Shown here one piece after another: positions 53,283 to 61,741 of a DNA stretch of 64,000 nt. Within the stretch, counting starts at the first letter, position 1, and every line of letters begins with the position of its first letter. The notes under the pieces were generated by a model. That model did not search any database, had not been told where the DNA came from, and worked only from the letters and a program-made list of their open reading frames with translations. Position numbers and translations under genes: made by a program. The DNA is taken from the NCBI GenBank assembly GCA_965223845.1, contig CBDCXR010000004.1, forward strand, positions 6,560,001 to 6,624,000, in the 5' to 3' direction. The stretch is from Planctomycetota bacterium. Lineage in GTDB: Bacteria > Planctomycetota > UBA8108 > SXIK01.

Positions 53283-56200
53283 CTAGCACTTGTCGTAGAA
53301 GACACAGCCGAGCGAGGACGCCGGCTCCGGATCCGGACCACAGTCCGCACCCCTCGGGCCGTGACCGCCGATCGGCGGCGGACCGTCCCCGAACAGGTTG
53401 TTGAGGAGGAAGATCGCGTCGGCGATGTTGTAGCCCGTATCACCGTTCACGTCCGCCGTCTCGAGACAGGTCGGAGCGGATCCGTCACCGAAGAGATCGT
53501 TCAGCATGAAGATCGCATCGGCGATGTTGACGCCGCCGTCGTTGTTGACGTCTCCGCGCTTGATCTCATCTCCCGGCGGCTGGATCTCGGGACTGGTGCT
53601 GGCATCGAGGACGTTCGAATCGAACGTCTCCGTGCCGGCGCAGTTCGAGTAGATCGCGACGCGGAAGCCCGAGCCGCAGCAGCCGTCGGTGAACGACATC
53701 TGGAGGAGATTCGCGCCTGGCGGGATCGAGACCAGAGCGGGTCCGGTCTGGATCGTGTTCGCTCCGCCGTATCCTCGGCCACCGATGTGCTCGAGGACGA
53801 GCTCACCGTTCAGGAAGAGGTGAGCCGAGTCGTCGCTCGCAAAGCCGATGTAGGCTTCGACCGGCGCGGCCGTCTGATTGATGAGGTAGGTGAATCCGGT
53901 CGTACTGTAGTCGTCCTGATCACCGTAGTAGAGCGACGCATCGAAGAGGCCCGGGTCGCCGATCGTTGCCGCCGGGTCGTCGAAACCGTTGAACTCGACG
54001 AGCTCGGAATCGGCGCCGTTGCCGATGTCGCGGATCGCCGTGGTGATGTTCCCGGTCGAACCCGGTCCCACCGGCGCGCCCTCGCGAACGTTGTCGGCGT
54101 CCGGCGTTTCCCCGTCGATCGTGATGTAATCTTCGGGAAGCGCGCCGGCGAGCGAGTTCGCTCCGAACGGCTGATCGAACGGCGAGGTCGGCACGAGCCA
54201 CGTGGCGATGAAGCCCTGCGGCGAGATGTTACCTTCGCCACCCGGGGGACCGACGTCGGGCGGATCGTGGGCGTCCGGATCGTAGCCTTCCGGATCGGTG
54301 GTCGTCGGGACGAAGATCCCGTTCCCGTTCTCGTCCTCGAAGCGGACGCACATGTTGTAGCCGCCGCCGTTCTCGAACGTGTAGATCGAGATGAGGTTCT
54401 TTCCCGGATCGAGCGGCACCTGGAACTTCACGGCGTAGCCGGGATGACCGCGGCACGCCGCGATCGAGTTCACCGGATAGCCGTTGACGCGTGCGCCGCC
54501 CGAGTCGTCCGAGCCGTAGGCCATGTTCACGACCCAGGTCGTATCGGTCGGGTTCACCACGTAGAAGAACGCGATGTTCATCGTCTGGTTGCAGTCGGTC
54601 GGGAAGATCGCGTCGCCGTAGATCGAGCCCGCTTGCCAGTCGAAGAGACCGTCGCCGCGGGTATTCGAGACCTTGGCGATGATTCCATTGCTTCCGACGA
54701 GGTCGAACGGGTCGGTGAGGAACCGATCGCCGCCCTCACCGGTCATGCACTCGTCCCAGCCGCTCACCTGCGGATCACCACCGAACTCGGGGAGAATCTG
54801 CATGCCTTCGCGCGGGATGATCGAGCGGTCGTCAATACCTCCATCTTCGCTGTCGCCGGTGATCCACTCGCCTTCGATCTCGTCGACCGTGACGGCGCAA
54901 CCTTCCGTGAAGGCCATCTTCATCGACGGGGTGACGAGCACTTCCGACACGAACGGGTTCGCCGTACAGGACGAGATCACCGCGTCACCCTTGACGCTGA
55001 AGATATCGGCGCCGAGCTCGAGTGAGCCGGAGACGGTTCCGTCTCCCGGCGTGCAGGGCGTCTCGCGCGACAGCTTGTAGCTGACCGAAGCCGCAGTCAC
55101 GTTCGTCCAGCTCACGGAGTTCGCTCCGGCGACACCGCCTTCGGTAACGTCGGAAACGGTCCATCCCGCGGGGAACGATTCGGTGAGCGAGTAATTCGCC
55201 TCACCGCCGCGATCGACGGCGACGGAGATGTCCGCTTCGATTCCCTGATCGGCGACCGCGATCGTCCGGATGGCACCGCCTTCGATGCCCGGAGGATTCG
55301 CGCTCACGACGAGCTGATTCTCCGGGAAGACCGTGGCGTCACCGCAGCCCCCCGTGATTTGAACGCGGAAGCCAGAGCCGCCGCCGCCCTCGGTGTAGGA
55401 GAGCTGGAGGAGGGAGATGCCGGGCTTCAGCGTGATCGCGGCCGGACCCGTCTGGATCTGGTTCGCGCCGCCAAAGCCGCGACCGGCGAGATGCTGGAGG
55501 ATGAGCTCGCCGTCGACGAAGAGCGCCGCGGCGTCGTCGCTCGCGAATCCGATGAACGCATCGAGCGGGCCACCGGAGACGTTGTTGAGGAACGCGAATG
55601 CGCTGATCGTGTAATTGTCCGGGTTGCCGTAGAAGACCTCACCGTTGAAGAGGCCCGAATCGGTCCCGGAACCCTGGAAAAGGACGAGGCGGGTCGTGCC
55701 GCAGCTCGAGCCGTCCGAGAAGCCGCCGCGGACGCGATCGCTGACACCGATTCCGGCGTCCATCTCCGCACCTTCGCGGATGTTGTCCGCCGTCGGCTCT
55801 TCGAGACCGCCGTCGCCGACGACCTGAATCCAGTCTTCGGGCAGCGTATCGGCGGGTGCGTTCGCGCCGAAGCTCTGATCGAGCACGTGCGCCGGGACGA
55901 GCCACTGCGTGATGAATCCGAACGCGTTCACGCTCGGGACGTCGCCGACGTCAGTGCCGACGATCGGGCTGCAGTCCCGGTCCGGTTCCGGACGGGCCGC
56001 GGGATCGTAACCGTCGGGATCGAGCGTCGTCTCGACGAAAATCGGGACGCCGTTCGAGTCTTCGAAGCGGACGCAGAGGTTCCAGCCACCGCCGTTCTCG
56101 TAAGTCGAGATCGCGACGAGGTTCTTTCCGGGGTCGAGCTGGATCCGCGTCTTGTCCGTGAAGCCGGGATGTCCGCGGCAGACCGTATTGGCGAAAACCG

Positions 56201-57698
56201 GGTAGCCGTTGACCTTGATCCCGACCGAGTCGTCGGAACCGAGACCCATCCACACGCAGCGCGGGCTGTCCCCATTGTTGATCGCGTAGAAGTACGCGAC
56301 GTTCATCGTGTCGCTCGGGTCGGCGCCGTAGATGTCGGCGCGCTGCCAGTCGTAGAAACCCGCACCGTTGGACGTCACAGGAACGAGAATCGCACCCGAC
56401 TCGAGAGCGTCTTCCGGCGCCGTCCAGAAGAGCTCAGCCTGAAGGGGGTCGATCGGCACGAGCCCGCCGGCATTGTTGTTCTCGTAGTCCGGATAGAAGA
56501 CGAGCTCCGCCTCGGGAACGAAGCTGCGCGAATCGAACACCGGGCCGTCCGGCTCGTCGAGATTGCCGCCGACCCATTCGCCGGCGATGAGATCCGCGGG
56601 GACATCGCATCCCTGCGACGGACCCTTGATCAGGAAGGCCGGAGTGACGAGCACGTCCGGCACGAAGCCCGCCGCGTCGCAGCCGGGGACCGACTGGTCG
56701 CCCCGCACGCCGCGGTTCTGATCGTCGACGGTGAGGCGCCCGCTGATGCGACCTTCCTCGGCGGTGCAATCGCCGGCCGCGGTGAGCTTGTACGTGAGCG
56801 TGTCCTCCATGACACCGTCCCAGAAGATGCCGGCTCCGGTGGCCTCGCCACCGCCGGTGACATCGCTCACGGTCCAGCTCTCGGCAAACCGCTCACTGAG
56901 TGAGTAGCTCATGCCACCCGAGGAGATGCCGAGGGTGACGGTGATTTCGTCGCCGTCGCGAACGATGGTGCGCTCTGCCGAAAACTGAGAGTCGCCCGGC
57001 TTCTCGACCGTGATGGTGAAGTCGCCGTCGCCGCTTCCGTCGTCGATGATCGGCTCGAAGGTCTCCGGATCGAAGAGCTGCATGCGCGTGCACCAGCCGC
57101 CGCCGCCTTCGAAGACCTTACCCTGAATGAGGTTGACGCCCTCGAGAAGGGTGATCGGAATCGCGGGGTCCTGAATGACGCCAGCGCCGCCGCAACCGCG
57201 AGGAACGCTGTTGTTGTGGACTTCCTCGCCGTTCACCTTGACCTGGATGCCGTCGTCGCTCGACACGCCGAGCTCGACGTCGCGGTCTTCGCCCGAGTTG
57301 TTGATGACGTACACCCACCAGTAGGCCATGGTGTTGTCGTTCGGGGTGAAGAGCGTGTTGAGGTCGAGCGTGGTGTTGTTCGCGCTCGCGGTCTGAATGA
57401 CCGGATCGTCGCAGGGATCGAGAAAGGAGGTGTCCGCCTTCGCACACCCTCCGGCGTCGGGCTGTCCGAGCTTGAGCCCGTCCTCCGGCTCGATGTCTTC
57501 TTCGCCGATATCTCCGTCGCAGAGGTAATCCTCCGCTTGGGCATCCGGACCGGGGTTGGCACCGCCGGTATTTGCGTACGGCCCCAGAACTAAGTACTGA
57601 AGCGGAAAACCGCTCTCGTCGGTTTGCGCGTACGCCGTCGGAGCGGCGAGCGCGAGCAAGACGAGACAACAGCAGATCCTGGACGAAAGTCGAACCAT
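53283..57698 (-). CDS. Large secreted protein: five PA14-like jelly-roll repeats, two small beta-sandwich modules, dockerin
   Basis: Signal peptide (TAYA-Q); five SDD..V/F.NG...G.NL....E.GGG...R repeats; IKRGDVNNDGGVNIADAI; start at ATG 57698. Confidence 0.85.
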   Translation of the reverse strand: MVRLSSRICCCLVLLALAAPTAYAQTDESGFPLQYLVLGPYANTGGANPGPDAQAEDYLCDGDIGEEDIEPEDGLKLGQPDAGGCAKADTSFLDPCDDPVIQTASANNTTLDLNTLFTPNDNTMAYWWVYVINNSGEDRDVELGVSSDDGIQVKVNGEEVHNNSVPRGCGGAGVIQDPAIPITLLEGVNLIQGKVFEGGGGWCTRMQLFDPETFEPIIDDGSGDGDFTITVEKPGDSQFSAERTIVRDGDEITVTLGISSGGMSYSLSERFAESWTVSDVTGGGEATGAGIFWDGVMEDTLTYKLTAAGDCTAEEGRISGRLTVDDQNRGVRGDQSVPGCDAAGFVPDVLVTPAFLIKGPSQGCDVPADLIAGEWVGGNLDEPDGPVFDSRSFVPEAELVFYPDYENNNAGGLVPIDPLQAELFWTAPEDALESGAILVPVTSNGAGFYDWQRADIYGADPSDTMNVAYFYAINNGDSPRCVWMGLGSDDSVGIKVNGYPVFANTVCRGHPGFTDKTRIQLDPGKNLVAISTYENGGGWNLCVRFEDSNGVPIFVETTLDPDGYDPAARPEPDRDCSPIVGTDVGDVPSVNAFGFITQWLVPAHVLDQSFGANAPADTLPEDWIQVVGDGGLEEPTADNIREGAEMDAGIGVSDRVRGGFSDGSSCGTTRLVLFQGSGTDSGLFNGEVFYGNPDNYTISAFAFLNNVSGGPLDAFIGFASDDAAALFVDGELILQHLAGRGFGGANQIQTGPAAITLKPGISLLQLSYTEGGGGSGFRVQITGGCGDATVFPENQLVVSANPPGIEGGAIRTIAVADQGIEADISVAVDRGGEANYSLTESFPAGWTVSDVTEGGVAGANSVSWTNVTAASVSYKLSRETPCTPGDGTVSGSLELGADIFSVKGDAVISSCTANPFVSEVLVTPSMKMAFTEGCAVTVDEIEGEWITGDSEDGGIDDRSIIPREGMQILPEFGGDPQVSGWDECMTGEGGDRFLTDPFDLVGSNGIIAKVSNTRGDGLFDWQAGSIYGDAIFPTDCNQTMNIAFFYVVNPTDTTWVVNMAYGSDDSGGARVNGYPVNSIAACRGHPGYAVKFQVPLDPGKNLISIYTFENGGGYNMCVRFEDENGNGIFVPTTTDPEGYDPDAHDPPDVGPPGGEGNISPQGFIATWLVPTSPFDQPFGANSLAGALPEDYITIDGETPDADNVREGAPVGPGSTGNITTAIRDIGNGADSELVEFNGFDDPAATIGDPGLFDASLYYGDQDDYSTTGFTYLINQTAAPVEAYIGFASDDSAHLFLNGELVLEHIGGRGYGGANTIQTGPALVSIPPGANLLQMSFTDGCCGSGFRVAIYSNCAGTETFDSNVLDASTSPEIQPPGDEIKRGDVNNDGGVNIADAIFMLNDLFGDGSAPTCLETADVNGDTGYNIADAIFLLNNLFGDGPPPIGGHGPRGADCGPDPEPASSLGCVFYDKC

Positions 57699-58263
57699 GA
57701 CCCTTACCCTCACGTAGGAAAGAAGATACGGAAAGAAACTCCAATCGAACACCGGCGACATCGCGCGCGGGGATAACTCGCTTGCGACGACTTCGCACCC
57801 GCGTAAACAGCGCTTGCGCGAACCCGAAAGCTCCGGCCGGAACGGTCCGTTTTCGTGTCCCGCAGTTGCGGGAAAACCCACCCGAACGAGATCCGTATCG
57901 CGTAACCCGGCGCGATCGGGACCCAACACTTTCAATCGTGCCCGTCGTGCGGAGGGGCGTCAAGCGATGAAACGTTCGACGAGCGGAAAAACTACGCCGA
58001 AGCTGGGGTCGTTTTCGCAGCGGGAAACCGGGTCGGAGGACGGGGCGAGTCCGAGGGCGCGACACGATTCGTTCGGGGATCGTTCGCCAAGTCCTCGCTA
58101 GCGCGGCGCGCGGCGATGGCGAGAACTTTTACGCCGGCTTCACGCGCTGTTCGCGCGGAGACGGCATCGTTCAGTCGTTCTCGTATGTGTACCTTCGTTC
58201 CGCCTCGTCGCCACCTCTCGCGAGACGATCCGTCGTGACCGTCCCGGCGCCGCCCGCACCCGT

Positions 58264-59157
58264 ATGATTCGCTTCCCCGCTCTCGCCTCCCGCCCCACGT
58301 CCTTTCTTCTTCTTGCTTCGATGCTGCTCGCGCCCGCATGCGATCGGGACGACCTCACCGATGGCCCGAAGCGTTCGCGGGTCGTCGAGGAGGAGGAGGA
58401 AGAGGAGGCCGAGCTCGAGCGGCCGGACGGAGTGAAGGTGAAGATCAATGAGATCATGCTCGAGAACGAGGCGACGCTCGCCGACGAGAACGGCGCCTTC
58501 TCGCCGTGGATCGAGATCCACAATCCCTCCGACGCGGAGTTTACGCTCGCGGGAGTCGGACTCTCGGACGATCTCGTCGCCCCGGAGAAGTGGGTCTTCC
58601 CCGAAAGCCCGGCGTCGGTCATCGGTCCGCAAGGATTCGTCGTCGTGTTCCTCGACGGGGATCCGGGCGCCGGAGACCTCCACACGAACTTCACCGTAAC
58701 TCCCGGGGCGCCGCTCACTCTGGCCCTCGGGGGTGGAACGGACGACTTTCTCGTCGGGTTCGACACCTCGGCCGCGGGACCGGACCAGTCGCTCGGTCGC
58801 AGCCCCGACGGCGACGGTTCGCTCGCGCTTCTCGCCGAGCCCAGTCCCGGCGCGCCGAATGGCGTACACGCCGACGGCGTCGCGAAGGCCGCGAAGTTTC
58901 TTCGCGGCGACAGCGACGACGACGGCCGTCGAACCTTTGCGGATGTGGTCCGCGTGCTCGAAGTCCTCTCCGCTGCGGCGCCGGTCCCCGACTGCGCCGA
59001 TCGAGCGGACGTCGACGACGACGGTGTGATCGACTTCGCCGACGTTGCGCTCGCGCTCGAGTTCCTTGCCGGGCGCGCTTCTCGCATCCCCGAACCGTAC
59101 GCGTCCGCGGGCGTCGACCCGACTCCGGACGCGCTCGACTGCCGCGAGTCCCGCTGA
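58264..59157 (+). CDS. Probable lipoprotein with lamin-tail domain and dockerin
   Basis: LLAPAC lipobox-like; poly-Glu linker; KINEIM..N...DE.G.FS.WIEIHN...HTNF...SLGRSPDG; FLRGDSDDDG. Confidence 0.82.
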   Translation: MIRFPALASRPTSFLLLASMLLAPACDRDDLTDGPKRSRVVEEEEEEEAELERPDGVKVKINEIMLENEATLADENGAFSPWIEIHNPSDAEFTLAGVGLSDDLVAPEKWVFPESPASVIGPQGFVVVFLDGDPGAGDLHTNFTVTPGAPLTLALGGGTDDFLVGFDTSAAGPDQSLGRSPDGDGSLALLAEPSPGAPNGVHADGVAKAAKFLRGDSDDDGRRTFADVVRVLEVLSAAAPVPDCADRADVDDDGVIDFADVALALEFLAGRASRIPEPYASAGVDPTPDALDCRESR

Positions 59158-59571
59158 GTCGTCCGCGCGCCGTCGCTCGCCTCGACGGATGGACGGTCCT
59201 CCGGTTTTGACGGTCTACGGGAACGGGAGTGGGAACGGTGGGGGCCCCGCCGATGCGTACACAGCGATCGTTCCGTGACGCTTCCGTGTAGGTCTTAAGG
59301 ATCGATTCAAGAAGCGTTCAGCGAAATCGCGTCAGAACTCCTCGAGTGTTTCGTTCGCCCTTAAGACGATCTTCCCCGGCGGCGTTCATACTCCGGGCGC
59401 AAACCGGGAGAAAGACCACAGTCCGTTCTTGCTTCGCGAAGTCGAGGTGGACGCCGAGGACACGCGCCGAAACCCGAGCTATCCCCGGGACGGGAGCAGG
59501 CGATGCCGGCGTCGACGGCAGGTTCGATTCACGTTGCGCGAAGCCCAAATTCGAATAGGAGGATTTCTAGC

Positions 59572-61143
59572 ATGCGACGGTTGAGCACCGTGTTGGCGGT
59601 CGTGGTGGCGGTGGCGGGAGTTGAGTCGGCGTACGGTCAGGCGCACTTCCTTCGCGGCGACGCGAACCACGATAAGCAGGTCAACATCGCCGACGGCATT
59701 TACATTCTGAACGACCTCTTCAGCGCGACGGGCGTTCCGCCGCTCTGCCAGGATGCGGCCGATCTGAACGACGACGGGCAGATCAACATCGCCGACCCCG
59801 TCTTCGTGTTTAACTTTCTCTTCGGAACTGGAGGGGCGCCGGCGGCGCCGTACCCCGTGTTCGAAGCGGATCCGACGATCGACGACGAATTCGGTTGCCT
59901 CGAAGTCGAGGAGATCACCGGCGACATCACCGAGGATGTGACGCTCACCGCCGACAAGGCGTACCGTCTCGTTTCCGCGGTGGTCGTGAAGGACGGCGCC
60001 ACACTCAACATCGAAGCAGGCACGACCGTGCTCGGCGATTCGGCCTCAAACGGCCTCCTCGTCATCGAGCGCGGCGGCAAGTTGAACGCGATCGGCACGC
60101 CGACGCACCCCGTCGTCTTTACCAGTGATAAGCCGGTCGGCGAGCGGGGTCGCGGAGACTGGGGCGGGCTCATCTTCCTCGGTCGCGGCGACAACAACCT
60201 CCCGACGAAGGAAGGTCTCGCCGAGGGTCTCGAGAATCAGTTCTGGGGCGGCGGCGAAAACGTCATTCCCGAGGACTCGAGCGGCAAGCTCAGCTACGTG
60301 CGAGTCGAGTTCGGCGGCACCGAGATCAGCGAGGACAACGAGGTCAACGCAATCTCGATCTTCGGCGTCGGCTCCGGTACCGAGTTCGATCACGTCATGG
60401 TGAAGTACAACCTCGACGATGGCTTCGAGTGGTTCGGCGGCGCGGCGAGTCTCAAGTACGGCCTCGCGGTCGGCATCGGTGACGACAGCTTCGACTATTC
60501 GTTCGGCTGGAGCGGCAACGGCCAGTTCTGGGTCGCGCAGCAGAGCGGCGACGACGCGGATCGCGGCTTCGAGGTCGACAACTCGGAGTCCGAGTTCGAG
60601 GCGCGTCCGCTCACGCGTCCGATTCTCTCGAACGTCACTCTGATCGGCGACCCCGACGGTGACGAAGGCTCGGAGAGCACCGACGGAATCACGCTTCGCC
60701 GCGGCGCCGGAACGGTGCTCTACAACGCCACCATCGCCGGCTTCAAGAAGGCCGGAATCGACCTCGACGACGGCGTCACAACGAGCAACTTCGCGACGGA
60801 CGACCTCATCGTCGACTACTCGGTGTTCCAGGGGAACGGCGAGGTCTTCAAGTCCGGCGAGACGGAGGGGAGCGAGGAGACCACGGAGAACGGTTTCGAT
60901 TTCACCACCGAAGCGTTCATTACGGAGATGATGACCAACAACATCTTCGCCGAGGAATCCGTTGTGGTCGATCCGTACAACCTCGCCGCACCGAACTTCC
61001 GTCCGCAGAACGACGCGCTGACGAATCCGTTCGACCCGAGCTCGCTCGGAACGTTCTTCGAGCCGGCTCCGTACCGCGCGGGGGTCGCGCCGGACGGCGA
61101 CGATTGGACTCAGGCACCGTGGATCAGCTACGCGGCCAACTGA
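59572..61143 (+). CDS. Secreted N-terminal dockerin fused to a beta-helix-like TonB-receptor partner domain
   Basis: AGGAGG RBS; AYG-Q signal; FLRGDANHDKQVNIAD; L.IEAGT, P.VFTS, GDWGGL, SG.LSYVRVEF.G, DDGFEWFGG, DDSFD...GW.G. Confidence 0.88.
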   Translation: MRRLSTVLAVVVAVAGVESAYGQAHFLRGDANHDKQVNIADGIYILNDLFSATGVPPLCQDAADLNDDGQINIADPVFVFNFLFGTGGAPAAPYPVFEADPTIDDEFGCLEVEEITGDITEDVTLTADKAYRLVSAVVVKDGATLNIEAGTTVLGDSASNGLLVIERGGKLNAIGTPTHPVVFTSDKPVGERGRGDWGGLIFLGRGDNNLPTKEGLAEGLENQFWGGGENVIPEDSSGKLSYVRVEFGGTEISEDNEVNAISIFGVGSGTEFDHVMVKYNLDDGFEWFGGAASLKYGLAVGIGDDSFDYSFGWSGNGQFWVAQQSGDDADRGFEVDNSESEFEARPLTRPILSNVTLIGDPDGDEGSESTDGITLRRGAGTVLYNATIAGFKKAGIDLDDGVTTSNFATDDLIVDYSVFQGNGEVFKSGETEGSEETTENGFDFTTEAFITEMMTNNIFAEESVVVDPYNLAAPNFRPQNDALTNPFDPSSLGTFFEPAPYRAGVAPDGDDWTQAPWISYAAN

Positions 61144-61741
61144 GTCGGCTGACTCTCTAGCCAGCAATCAAAACACAACCTTCCCTGTCAGCGCCGGGAG
61201 CCGCGCCGCACCACCGCGCGCTCCCGGCGCTCTTAGCCGCCCGTTGAGAAGTTCAATCGGCAGAGAACAAAGCGAGTTCAGGCTCGGCTCGTCCGCGGCG
61301 GTCCCCGGGAACCACGGAGAACGCTCGGGCGCCGCGGCCGATCGGAATACCGGCGAGCTGTGCTCGACTCGAAGCGCGATTTCAACAGGCTGCCGACGGC
61401 AAGGTTCAATTCCATCGACTCCTATCGAGGGTGGCTGGCGCGGACATCGGACGCGCCAGCAACCCGTTCTCCACCCGCTCGCACCTTCCCCTCTCAAGCT
61501 GCTCGACTCGCGCCCGAATGCGCGACCGCCCCTTCAGAGCTTTCGAGATTCCCCTGTACCTACGGGCCATTCGGTGACGCTTTCTCTCTACCCCAACCTG
61601 GCAAGAAACAGAGTGCGAGAACGGCGACGAGTGCGTTGTCGGCGGCGCTTCTTGGCTGCTGCGCCAAGTGGTGTGCAGTCAGCAGTCCGTGAGTGTCGGC
61701 AGAGTGGCGGCGTTCTGAGCGTTCGGTTCGCGTTGATCGCG

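Noticed and set aside
59219-59244. G-quadruplex-like GGG-AAC-GGG-AGT-GGG-AACGGT-GGGGG
   Set aside because: Expected by chance at this GC content; no supporting evidence
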